In this document: positions 24,180 through 36,439 of the stretch, one piece after another | How positions within the stretch are numbered: position 1 is the first letter of the stretch | How the letters are laid out: each line of letters starts with the position of its first letter | NCBI GenBank assembly: GCA_965287045.1 | Contig: OZ336875.1 | Span: 51,956,001 to 52,020,000 of the forward strand | Reading direction: 5' to 3' | DNA length: 64,000 bases | Source: Carcharhinus amblyrhynchos | Lineage: Eukaryota | Notes under the pieces: generated by a model | Seen by the model: the letters and a program-made list of their open reading frames with translations, nothing else | Database searches by the model: none | Told to the model about the DNA's origin: nothing | Position numbers and translations under genes: made by a program

Positions 24180-24475
24180 TGTGACGCTGGGACGTTCGGG
24201 TTGCCGTGTAAACACGAGTTGTTGTTGAGGGACAGGAGTGCTGGGCTGGGCGGAGCGGCCGGGCTGCCTCAGGGATTGGTGGCGAGAAGGTGGGAGGCAA
24301 CTGTCAGTCTGGCTGTGTGCTGGAGGTGATTGGCTGAAGGGGCGGGAGAGCTCAGCAAAAGAGAAAGAAAGCTGGTGGGGAGGTAGTCAGGAAGCAGAGG
24401 GTTAGAGTGTTGTTGGAAGATGTGAGTGAGAGTAGCTCTGCCTGTCCCAGCGGATACACTGTCACCGAGGAAGAG
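24180..24475 (+). promoter_or_regulatory. PNPLA2: PNPLA2 proximal promoter / 5' UTR
   Basis: CpG-rich; GTAAACA 24208-24214; GC boxes 24248-24253 and 24339-24346; inverted CCAAT 24275-24279 and 24329-24333. Confidence 0.6.
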
Positions 24476-24668
24476 ATGCTGCCGACTGACGACTCGAACT
24501 CCTGGAGCATCTCGTTTGCCGGCTGCGGCTTTTTGGGCATTTACCACATCGGGGTGGCCAGCTGCCTGTGCGAGCACGCCCCATACCTGGTGCACAACGC
24601 CAAGAACATCTACGGGGCATCGGCCGGGGCGCTGACAGCTTGTGTCCTGGTCAGCAGAGCCTGTCTCG
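24476..24668 (+). CDS. PNPLA2: Patatin-like phospholipase domain-containing protein 2 (ATGL), coding exon 1
   Basis: [64 protein letters not shown](G): GCGFLG oxyanion motif and catalytic GASAG; donor G|gtaagt; adjacency to RPLP2 supports PNPLA2 over PNPLA3. Confidence 0.93.
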
Positions 24669-24904
24669 GTAAGTGCCCACTCCAACTCTTAGCAAAATGG
24701 CCCACCCAGCCAGGGACAGAGCTCAGACTAATAAGGAAAGGGGCACAATAACAACAGCCTCTGATTAAAATAGCGCCTTTCATCATCCCAGGATATCCCC
24801 AAGCTCCTCACAACGAATGAAGTACTTTTGAAGGGCGGTCAGCTACTGCAATGTTGTAAACAGGGCCAGCGATTCTGTGCGTGGTGTGATTCTACAATTT
24901 AAAA

Positions 24905-25100
24905 AAAGTTTATTTATTAGTGTTACAAGTTACATTAACACTGCAACGAAGTTACTTGAAAATCCCCTAGTCGCCACACTCTTGCACCTGTTTGGGTACA
25001 CTGAGGGAGAGTTAAGTATGGCCAATGCACTTAACCTCCACATCTTTTGGTATGTGGGAGGAAACTGGAGCACCTGGAGGAAACCCAGGGGGAGAATGTG
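24905..25100 (-). mobile_element. V-SINE-like SINE with the aataaataaacttt tail type
   Basis: aagtttatttattagtgttacaag..tggccaatgcacttaacc..gtgggaggaaactggag. Confidence 0.7.
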
Positions 25101-26752
25101 CAATCATGGCAATAACTGGATAATCTGTTTTATTGATAGTAGTAAAGGGGTATATGTGTGTGTGTGTGTGTATATGAATTTCCTCAGCTCTTTGATGGTG
25201 CCCATTGGTCATTTTACCACCTGTAGGGCAGATAGGGCCTTCTGTCAGTATCCCTGCACAGTGGGTCAGCTTCCTTGATCATTTAAAGCTAGTGTGTTGC
25301 AATAAGCAATGGTTGTCCCAACCGCAAGTGAAATGGTTAGAATTATGCTTATGAAATTATTAATCTCTTGAGTCTCCACTGTGTCCTTAAACAAGCTTGA
25401 GTTTTGCCCTTATGGTTACATGGGAACAGGAGTAGACAGTTCAGCCATTCAGTGATATCAGGACGGATCTGTATCTTGCCTGCATCCACTTGCCTTGAAT
25501 TCACATACACTTTAACTAAATTACAGATTTATTACTCTGTATCTCCACTTCAGTTTCATACAATCTGCATCTTGTCTAACTTATTAAAATGTACACAATG
25601 CTATTAAGTTATAACTCTGGTAGAGAAGAATGAAGAGGCTGACAGGCTGTTGCCACAGGACAAAAGAATGCTGTTACATAACTAATGGGAAGACATAATG
25701 AAGAATCAGCTGGTGGGAAGGAGATTTTCTAAAGTTGTGGACAAATTCAATTGCACTAGCTATTGTACAAGATTAGGCCAGGTATGATCAATAGTGATTG
25801 ATAACATTGTGGATGCAGGCTAGTAATACAGTTACTATTATTTTGCATGTTTTGTTCAGTTAAATGAAAGCCTGTTTAATGCTGGTATATATGTGGTTTA
25901 TTGTGACACTATGAACTGTGATTGCTCAAGGGAAGTGGAATTCAAAGGGAAGGAAGTTTATGCTTCAGTTGTTTGTAGCCTTGGTCAGACCTCATGTGAA
26001 GCACTGCATTCAGTTTTGGCACAACTCATCAGGTAGGATGAAATGATTTTAGAAGGTGTATATTGCAAATTTGCAAACATAATACTGGGGCTTAAAGGTT
26101 TAAATTCAGTACAGATTGAATTCAATGTGGCTTATATTCTGTTGAATTTAGAAGTCTAAACAACAATCAAATTGCGATCTTTAAAATGTTGAAAGAATTC
26201 ATTGGATATATCAAGAATCATAAATGGGAACAGGAGTAGACCATTTGCCTGTACCACCATTCAGCAAGATCCTAGTCTGTCTTCAGCCTCAAATTCAGCT
26301 ACCTGCATTGTCCCTGTATCCCTTAATTCTCTTAGTATCCCAAAATCGATTGATTTATGTTCTGAATATATTCAGTGATTGAACATACAGAACTCTCATG
26401 TAGAGAAATTACAAAGATATATGTGTTTTGAGTGACGTTAATTTTTCCTGAATCTCAGTCCTAAATGACCGGCCCCTTTATTAAAGACAGTGACCCCGTG
26501 TTCTCGACTCCCCAGTAAGGCCAAATGGAGGGCATCTATAACAAGGGGGCATAACCATTCAGTAGTGAAATCAAGCAACATTTTTATACACACTGGATAG
26601 TTGAAATCTGTAATTCTACCACCACCCACCTCTTCAAAAAAAAATGTGGCTGTTGGGTCTATTAAATATTTCAAAATGGAAATAAACAGCTTTTTAACAA
26701 AGGTTCTGGATTTTGTCAAGAGGTGTGAATTAAAGGGGGTAAGCGATGTTAA

Positions 26753-27053
26753 ATCATTGAATCCCTATCATGCAGAAAGAGGCCATTGAGCCTGCACCAA
26801 CCACAATCCCACTCAGGCCCTATCTCCTTAATCCTACTTATTTACCCTACTAACCCCCTGACACTAAGGGGCAATTTTGCATGGCCAATCAATCTAACCT
26901 GCATATCTTTGGAGTGTGGGGGGGAACCGGAGGACCCAGATGAAACCCATGCAGACATGGCAGAATGTGCAAACATTCAGTGACTCAAGCTGGGAATCGA
27001 ACCCAGGTCCCTCGCATTGTGAGACAGCAATGCTAACCACTGGGCCACTGTGC
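26753..27053 (-). mobile_element. HE1/V-SINE-like SINE
   Basis: Reverse complement of the family; gggaatcgaacccagg, tgctaaccactg. Confidence 0.85.
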
Positions 27054-27097
27054 ATGGAGTTCCAGATCAACCATGATCATATTGAATGGCAGAAAAC

Positions 27098-27446
27098 GGG
27101 GCGGCACGGTAGCACAGTGGTTAGCACAGCTGCTTCACAGTTCCAGGGTCCTGGGTTGATTCCCAGCTTGGGTCACTATCTGTGTGGAGTTTGCATGTTC
27201 TCCTCGTGTCTGTGTGGGTTTCCTCCGGGTACTCCGGTTTCCTCCCACAGTCCAGAGATGTGCCGGTTAGGTTGATTGGCCATCCTAAGAAATTGCCCCT
27301 TAGTGTCCAGGGATGTGTAGGTTAGAGGGATTAGTGGGTATAATATGTAGGGATATGTGGGTAGGGCCTGGGTGGGGTGGTGTTCGGTGCAGACTCGATG
27401 GGCCGAAGGGCCTCTTTCTGCACTGTAGGGTTCTATGATTTCTATG
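27098..27446 (+). mobile_element. Full-length HE1/V-SINE-like SINE
   Basis: ggggcggcacggtagcacagtggttagc head, central gtgtggagtttgcatgttctcc..gggtttcctccggg domain, CR1-like tail gggccgaagggcctctttctgcactgtagggttctatg. Confidence 0.9.
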
Positions 27447-29712
27447 AAGAGACTGAATAATCATTTCCTTGGGAATGGGGAAAAAGAACACTAAAGTTCA
27501 TCACTTGAGCTTTCTCATCATAGTTATTTCACAACTCCATTGTCTTTCATCTGTTTTAAAGAAAACACTCAACCTTCGCATCTTTAAGTTCTGTAAATGC
27601 TTTCAGTTATCCAGTTCTGTGACATGCTTAATGACCTAATCCCCCTCTGCCATTTTAGATTGAGATTACTGTATGAATGTAATCCTACAGCATATTAATT
27701 GTCCAGTGTATTGCAAAGATAGAAATTATGTTTATACAGTGTCCTCCAACAAAACACTATTGAAGTGTAGGCTCTTATAAAGTACAAAACTATAGATTCA
27801 ACAGCGAGTGAATGCTTTCTGGGGAATTCAACAGGTTAAATGCATTTTACGATTGCAGCATGACGAAATGCTGCTAATCTGTTTTTCAGACATAACATGC
27901 AAACATATTTCTTATCCTAAAAGAAGAATGCCAGTTTACTGTCTAGGTCCAAATTATTGGCTATTGCTGTGTAAAGGAAATTGAATGAACTCTGTGAATA
28001 TTTACAGAACTTGAGCAAGGACAGTTTTTTTTTCTCCGTTATCAAGTGTTTTCAGTAGGATTTAGCCACTTCAAACATTGCTTTATTAACCAAAACATTA
28101 TATCAGATTATGTATTTTCAGCATATTCAGATAAATAAGAACGTAGATATAATAGCATTTCGCAATTCCTGCAGTGTCGGCAAGTAGTCAGCTGAATCAC
28201 GAGTAAAATGGTTTGAGGTCCCACAAGAACAATTTATGTTCACTGTCAAGTCCTTGACTCTGGCAAATTGTCCCTCAATGCTTCATGTTTGGAAGGCAGA
28301 TCTGAACAGGAGTAGGTGATGTTTGGGGCAGGTGCCTCTGTACTTTGTTAACAGAGATTTGCAAACCAAAGCAGTTTAGAAAAGGGGGTTTACTATGAGG
28401 GCAAGTTAGCAGAAGGCCCTGCGGATAATTAAAAATCTCTAATCAAGACAAAATGCTGTAGACCTACATTTTTTTTTAATGTTCAGTGTATGGGAAGGAT
28501 GCATTTGTTGCATTGTAAGGTAATGGTGGGCCTTGTCCTTGAACTATTGGGCTCAATTTTAACTCTGTGAGTAAGTAAAATTGCTCTTTGAAGCCCTTGT
28601 GCTGACGGTGTTTCCATAACTGTTTTATGTTGGGAACTTTGAGATGTTGACTCAGAACAATACAGGAAGAGGGAAATAAAGGTAAATAATAATTGCCTTG
28701 ATTAGATTTGTGCTATCTGTTGCTGGATAGGACATTATGTTAACACTTTTGGGTTGGTGGAAATAACTTAGTTGTACTGAAGCTGTTTGGTATGTGGTGT
28801 GGCTGCCTCTGCATAGGGCATCAGAATGACAGCTACAATTTTGTTTGTATCCATAGTCTTCCACCTGGAGTAATCTGAATTAACTGGAGGTTGATATCTA
28901 TCATGGTGGGAACTTCAGAAGTCCCAGCAGGATAACTTGCCTGCTTTGTTGGTCAAAGATGCCTGAAGTCTTATCAGCTTTGTTCCATGACGCTAATGCA
29001 TATTGAGTTCACTATTGCTGTCGATTGTGATGTTCGTGGAGCCTTCTCATGTTGTTTTCCATTTTTGACTGGATGTGGTGGGGCTAGAGTGTGTTTGTGA
29101 GGCTGCTTGTTGTTTTTGGTGCTTGGGATGCAAGTGGCTCTGTCTGGTTCTAGTGGCTTTGTCAGGTTGCTTCCTGGTGATTTAGGACTAGACACTCACC
29201 TTAATGCTCTGTGGTTATGTGTTGCTGTTTAGCTGCAGAATTTGCACATTGTTTCTGGGACCTTCTACCCTTGTAAGCTTCAGATGGCTGTCTCTTACGT
29301 TTGTTAGGGAATTTGAATGTTTGATCTGATATGCCCTTGGTGACTGCATGTTTAGTATTATCACTCTGAAATCAAACGTGGGCCCTGCATGCCCACAGAC
29401 ACTAAAATTATTGCAATTTGCACTATAGCCCAAAATAATAACAATTTCAGCTGGCCTTGAAGTAGTTAATTCCACCATATAGGATGGTTTGGAACCACCC
29501 CTTTTTAAAAAAGGATGTGGTTTGCAACCCATAAGTAAGTGTATGCAAATGTATTCCAACCCCCCCCACCACCCTCAACAGTTGTGCTGTCAGCTGTCAA
29601 GGCCTGAAACTTGAATTCTCTTCCCTTCTCCACAACTCTCTCCTTTTTAAGATGCTTTTTTTCTCTAAGATTCTCCTTTAAAACCTACCACTTTGATCAA
29701 GCTGTCGTTCAC

Positions 29713-29990
29713 TGGCACAGTGGTTAGCACTGTTGCCTCACAGCGCCAGGGACACAGGTCTGATTCCCAGCTTGGCTCACTATCTGTGTGCAGTTTGCAT
29801 GTTCTCCCTGTGTCTGCAAGGGATTCCTCCCATAGTCTGAAAGATGTGCTGGTTGGGTGCATTGGCCACGCCAAATTCTCCCTCTGTGTACCTGAACAGT
29901 TGCCGGAAAATGGCAACCAGAGGATTTTCACAGTATCTCTATTGCAGTGTTAATGTAAGCTTACTTGTGATACTAATAAATAAACTTAAA
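29713..29990 (+). mobile_element. V-SINE-like SINE with aataaataaactt tail
   Basis: Same head as the HE1-like copies with a different 3' tail; similar copy at 46423-46715. Confidence 0.8.
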
Positions 29991-30079
29991 AATCTGGATT
30001 GCTATTTTGCTCAGCATCAAAACTTGTATGATAAACACACTTGAGAATCAGCTTTGAACAATTTAGTATATCAAGATGA

Positions 30080-30785
30080 GAGTGGGTATCTTGAGGTTCT
30101 CATTCATCAGTCGCTGAAAGTAAACGTGCAGGTACAACAGGCAGTAAATAAGGCAAGTGGTATGTTGACCCTTCATTGAGAGGATTTAAATATTGGACTT
30201 GGTAAATCAAAGATGATTTACTGCAATTGTATAGGGCATTGATGAGGACACACACACAGTATTGTATGAAGTTTTAGTGTCCTTATCTGAGGAAGGATGT
30301 CCTTGCTTTTGAGGGAGTACAGCGAAGGTTTACCAGGGTAATTGCTGGGGTGGCAGGTCTGTCATATGAAGAGAGACTAAATTGGCTAGGATTGTATTGG
30401 AGTTTAGAAGAGTGAGAGGGGATCTCATAGAAACTTATAACATTTTAACAGGATTAAATGGGGTAGATTCAGAAACAATGTTTCCAATGTTGTGGGAGTC
30501 CAGAACTAGGGGTCATAGTTTGAGGATAAGGGGTAAATCTTTAGAACAGAAGTGAGGAGAAATCTTTCCACTCGGAGGGTGGTGAACGCGTGAACTTCAT
30601 TACCGCAGAAAGTAGTTGAGGCCAAAACGTGTAATTTCAAGAAGAAATTAGATTTAGCTCTTATGGGCCAATGGGATCAAGAGGTATAGGGGAAATGGGG
30701 TGAATTAAGATATTGAATTTGATGATCAGCCATGATCATAATGAATGGCGGAGCAGGCTAGAACGTCTGAATGGCCTATTTCTGC
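30080..30785 (+). mobile_element. CR1 LINE 3' fragment
   Basis: cagcgaaggtttaccagg, agagtgagaggggatctcatagaaacttataa, tail gatcagccatgatcataatgaatggcggagcaggc. Confidence 0.85.
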
Positions 30786-31560
30786 TTTGTTTATAAATAC
30801 GGATGTTGTTGAACAACTGATCTGAGTGCGTAAGTATCTGGGCACGTGTGTATGCAAATTGGGTTGGACCATTTTTCAGCGTAAACCTTTGATCTTGTTA
30901 AGTAAACTCTTGATTCTGTTTTCAAAGCAACTGTACCATCATGTGAGTTTGAACAGCTCGATTTTCCACTCGATATTCAGTGGTACTGGAGATTATTGAA
31001 CTTTGTGTCAACTTTTCTGTCCCTCCCACTCACTTTCCCATCATATTACTGAGCATAATGCAAGTCAGTGAATATTTGCTGCTTTGCGCTCTCTTTCTGA
31101 TTTATAGTTACTATCTGTAATACTAATAGACTGGTTGTACTAACGTTTTAGAGAGGAGGGATTTTTAAAAAAAAAGGCACTGTAATGTAATTAATTTCTA
31201 AGTGTAAAGATTTGTTCATGTTTTCACCACTTTGTGACATATTAAATACAGAGCCTGCCTTTTGGCCTCTACAGTATTGTTTAGAAAGAAAGGTCTTTTA
31301 TACAGTGCCTTTTATTGACCTCAGCATGTCCAAAAATACTTCACAGCCAATGAAGTGTTTGTGGGGAAAAGAAATCACCCGTAATCTATTGAAAAGCGGC
31401 AGCCATTTAGCATATAAGTTTCTTGTTGGCTGAGAGATAAATATTGATCAAGACAGCTGGGTGACTCTTGTGCTCGTCTTCAAATGGTATTTTTGGATCT
31501 TTTATGTCCATCTGATAGAGCAGTTGAGGGGTCAGTTTAATATCCCACTCGAAAGACTGT

Positions 31561-31689
31561 GGACGGGATTTTATGAACTTTATGCTCGTCCTGAAATGCA
31601 AAATCCTGCCCATTGTCAACGGATGTTTCCATGTTTCACCCCTCACCTGCTCTGATTCCCATGGCAGGCGGGGCGGTAAAATTCTGGCC
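31561..31689. mobile_element. Short MITE-like element (also 32440-32560, 37566-37690, 37929-38035)
   Basis: Imperfect TIRs gg(c/a)cr gratt...aattctggcc; 3-bp flanking duplications tat/tat (32440 copy) and agt/agt (37929 copy); this copy interrupts a SINE. Confidence 0.55.
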
Positions 31690-34600
31690 TATATCTCTAA
31701 CAGTGCAGAACTCTGTACTGTACCAAAGTCCCAATTTAGATTACGCACTCAAGTCTCTGGAATGAATCTTGAACTTGCAATTGTGTGACTCAATATGGGA
31801 GTGGTGACACTGAGCCAGGACTGATGCTTGGTTGGGCATGAGGGCATATTGACTTGTGTTATTGCTGGGGTATTCCATCCCCATCCAGTTTTATGGTGAG
31901 AGTTGTATTTTGGTTGTTTGCATCCTGCAAGCATTGAAACGTTTTAGACGCTTTCTCCCCATAACCTTTGATCCCATTCGCCCCATGCTGTACGCAGTTG
32001 CCTCTTGAATACATTTAATGTTTCGGCATCGTCCACTTCCTGTGGTAATGAATTCCACAGGCTCATCATTCTTTGGGTGAAGAAATGTCCCTTCATTTCT
32101 ATCCTAAATGGTCTACCCTGAATCCGCTGTCTGCGAGGATTGAGAAGGTGGTGGGTGGGATGCCAATCAAGCATACACGTTTGTAAAGCATTGATTCATA
32201 CACCAGAGAAGCAAGCGATCGGACTTTTATGATGGTTCTCTGAAAGTGATATCCAGTTAGTTCCACTTCTCATAATTCAGTTTTGTGTTTTTTAGAACAA
32301 AATAAAAAATGCCAACCTGATTGGTGGAGTACCAGAATAACTGTTGGTACAATGTAATCGCTTGCTTCCTTTTGGGTTGATTGAATATTTTCTTGACAAC
32401 ATTTAATTTCCACATCTGTCCCTTCTCCCTTCTCTATATTGGCTGGAATCCTCCCGTCGCACCCACCACAGGAATTGTAGCGGGGTTGGGGGACGGACAA
32501 CACAAAGGTTCATTGACCTTAGGCGGGATTTGAGGCGAGCGTGGTCAGAGAATCCTGCCCTATATCTTGCATGACCTGCCTCTGACATTCAGTATGTGCT
32601 GAAGTATTAAGGATGAATTGTAGATGCTTTAAGTTGGATTTTGGAGACTCACCATTTCTGGGTCTCCTCTGTTTGTCTATTTTCTGTAGCCCAAGTTAAA
32701 CTGAGTCCGATGGGCTGCAGAGAAATGAACTCTGTAGTGTAAACACTAAGGGATAGATTGCTGATGTGGGGCTTTTGGAATCCAAGTTCAAAGAACCATT
32801 TAAAATCAGCTTTTGTTTTCTATTTAACAAAACCATTTTTGTGATGAGCATTGTTTGCCTATCTCTGAAATGAATTGGACAAACTGCCTGCTGCCAGCAG
32901 AGTCTGATGATTACTGAGTAGCGAAATCCAGTGCTTCCTAATCACTTTTCCTTGTTTCGGGTAAGTATTTTAGCTGCTGCAGGATAGTCACCTTTCTAGA
33001 GATTTGGACTTCCCACTGGATCCGACAGACGAAACAAATAAAGCTGCATTTAATATACAAAATATTTTCTAAACTGATCTATTTAAAGGGCTAAATGGTT
33101 TATGGATCAACATTGTGTTGAGATACATGAGCCTGAGTTTAAAGTTGAGTCCAAGGCAGCTGTGTCCATGCCAAGCTACAGTTCCACAGTTGGTTATTAT
33201 TCAAATCGAGAAAGCTGGATGCTTTCAAGGGTGCCTCCATTCACATAGCCATTCTGTAGCTGAAGGTGAGCCATTTGGTCATTGGGCATCTTATGCTCAT
33301 GCACAATTTCACTAAGAGTTGCTATATTAAAAAGTAAGTAATTGAGATGAATCCTGAATTGAAGTTGGGTGATGTGTGAAAGTTTGGATTTCTACTGGCC
33401 AAACCCTGTTGATGTGATCACAAATATTAGTCTGTACATTTAATACCTTGAAGCTCCACCTATTGAACCCTTGGTTCTAGGGAACTGGCGAATTTCCACT
33501 CAGCAGGTACAGCCCAAGGGCATAAGGTACGCAATGTGCTACAAAATAGATCTATGCCCATGACCTCACTCTTCTTAGTTTTGCAACATGCTTTCCTCGT
33601 GGGTGAGAAAGGGGTGGGAGGAATGTGTTTTGTTTGAAGAAAACATTGCTTAAAATAAGAGGGGAACCGTTTACTGAATTGAGCAGAGTACATGCGGTAA
33701 ACAGCCCATAATGACCTATTCATAGCTGAGTCTACGCCAGTGTTTGCACTTGTTGAAATGCGCAATCATTAGATACTGTGCTAGCTGGTCGAGGGCCAAT
33801 GTTTAGAAGAAACCTTAGCGCTTCTCAGAACTGCGGCACATCAAAGAAGCACAGTACTGAATACAGAAGACAATTACTAAGCATTGAAGTAATGAAAAAC
33901 AAGTTGGTACACTCTACAGTATTGCAGGTGGTAGCAAGTTTGCTGTCTTGCGTTGCTAAGCTCTCAGAGGACTGAGCTACAAATAAAGAGATTCATGGAG
34001 ATTCAGTGGGACTTTAACTGATCTCTGTGCTCATAGGCAGAGCAAATATCTTCTAATATGAGCCTAAACCAGTTGTTTGATGCCTCACTGGTAGTGCATT
34101 ACCCAGAGTCCCACTTCAAGACATGAACGCATAATTAGAAGGATATGGGCCAAATGCAGGCAATTGGAGTAGCTGGGCAGGCACCATGGTGGGCATGAAC
34201 TGATTGGGCTGAAGGGCCTGCTTCTGTGCTGCATTACTCTATGACTCCATGATATAACTTGTGCTGTGCTTCAGTGCAGCGCTGAGGAACTGCTGCTCCA
34301 TCTGAGGTGCTGCCTTTCAAATAATGTATTAAACTGCCTTTATTGGGTGGGCATAAAGGATACTAAGCATTACTTAGAAGAAATACTAGTTAGCTAACAT
34401 CACCAAAAACAAATTTGCTGGTCAGCAGTTCCATTTCTGCCTGTCGACCTTGCTGACACAAGCTTGTGTCAGTATTTGCCCAAGTTATGCTTCAAAAATC
34501 ATTTGCCTGTGAGGTGCATGGAGACATACTTTCTTATTGCCAATAACATATCATGATCTTAGACAGAGAATTAATTTTGAGACTGACTGATGTAAGGTGG

Positions 34601-35125
34601 TTGTCAAATGGAGGTGAGGGGTATCCCCCAGAGGAAGGAGGCACAAGAAGTAGTTCCACTTCCTTACAAGCACACTCCCTTTGTTGATGGGAGCTACATT
34701 AGCTCTGCCTTATATTGGCTACTGGAGAACAAGAAAATAAACTGGAATAACATCGAGGTCTAACTTAATCAATGTACCAAAGTGGCTGAGGCTATGAATA
34801 GGAGGCCAGTATATCATATAGTGAAGGAAAGAGGACTGTAATTGGATCCAAGGTAGTATGTTTGAGTGCTATTTCTTTTAAGCCCATGGGTACTAACTGA
34901 CTGATAACACTTATTTCTATTTTTGGCTGCCAGTCTGAGTAAGCTATTATGTATCAATTTGATTCTGCGTTGTATGCCCATGACATTCTGTCAAAACAAA
35001 GTTTTCTCTGTCCCCAATTTACTGGAAGAGATTCCATTATAATGCAAAGTTATTATGAATAGCTAGATATCTGAAGGTCCAGATTGAACCTGAGGCATTG
35101 TCTGTCTCTCATGTATTTATCTCTG

Positions 35126-36198
35126 TTGTTCGTCCATCGTCATCGATGAGGACCTCGACACCATTAGTCATTTTGAGGCTGGTTGCCGTGTGTCTGAAGA
35201 TGACTGATCAGGCCAATTTGGGCACGGAATGTCCTGCCACATATTGGACAGACTTGTGTAGACTCTGTAGTTGTTGAGCTGGTGGCTCTGGACTTGCGCA
35301 GCTCGTGCTTTAAGTTGTGCTTCAGCAATACACCTTGCTTCGTGAGCTTGACAGCCTTTGTGGATGAGGCAGTGCCAGGTAGGGTGGTTTTGTACCAGCG
35401 TTTCCCAGGTGGTCGTGTCAATGTCAAGCGACTTCAGGGAGGCTTTGAGTGTGACTTTGAAACGTTTCTTCTGCCCTCCATGCGAGCGTCTTCCAGCAGA
35501 GAGTTTCCCCAAAAAGGAGCTGCTTGGGTATGTGCTCGTCTGACGTACAGATGACATGACCTGTCCACCGGGTCTGCGCTCTCATCAGCAGTGTGTAGAC
35601 TGATGGTAGACTTGCTCTAGAGAGAACTGGTACTTTTGTTTTGCCATTTGATGTGTAATATTCTGCAAAGACCAGTCATGTGGAAATGATTGAGCTGTCT
35701 TGCGTGCCTTTGATACACAGTCCACGTTTCACAGGCATACAGGAGGGTAGTGAGTGCCATGGCACTGTAGACCTTCTGTTTTGTTGCTGGGCTGATTCCT
35801 CAACGTTCCCATACAGTGGAGCGCAGTCTACCAAAGGCAGAACTTGCTTTTGCTATTCTGCAGTTAACTTCTGCATCAATAGTCACTGCTTGGGAGAGGG
35901 TGCTGCCAAGATAAGTGAACTGGTCCACTGCCTGTAGTTTCTGCCCTTTGATTGTGATTATGGGTTCTGTGTATGGTGCATGAGGAGCAGGCTGGCGCAT
36001 GACTTCGGTCTTTTTAATATTGATGGTGAGTCCAAAGTCGTCACAAGCCGTGGAAAATTTGTCCATACTGATTTGCATCTCTGGCTGTGAGCCAGCATAC
36101 AGGGTGCAGTCATCGGCAAAGAGGAAATCTCTCAGAACAGTCTCTTTCGCTTTGGTGATAGCTTGAAGTCTCCTCAGGTTGACACCACCATCATCATC
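35126..36198 (-). mobile_element. 5'-truncated RTE-clade LINE with 11-bp TSD
   Basis: LRDFLFADDC..FGLTINIKKTEVM..FTYLGS..RIAKASSAFGRL, GGQKKRFK..LK, terminal CPICGRTFRAQIGLISHLQTH; TSD atttatctctg 35115-35125 / 36199-36209. Confidence 0.92.
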
Positions 36199-36439
36199 AT
36201 TTATCTCTGACAAGGTCTATGAATAACACTAGTATTTATAACCATGGTATTAACACTGGTATTTATAACCATGTGTGATACTTTGCAATAGCTGCTAGCC
36301 TGTGATGCCTGTTACAACAATTTCAGACTTAGTGTTGCAAATGGATGATGTTGGGATATCGGTGTAATGTTGCAACCAGAAAGATTGAAAAGAATTGGAA
36401 TGATTTTGCAAGAAGTGTGGTCTCTGTCTCTTTAAGGTA

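Noticed and set aside
24407-24475. N-terminal extension of PNPLA2 in the ORF track
   Set aside because: Starts at a non-ATG codon; homology begins at ATG 24476
27098-27170. tRNA-like sequence with A and B boxes
   Set aside because: Head of a SINE; continues into the V-like domain and LINE tail and does not form a full cloverleaf
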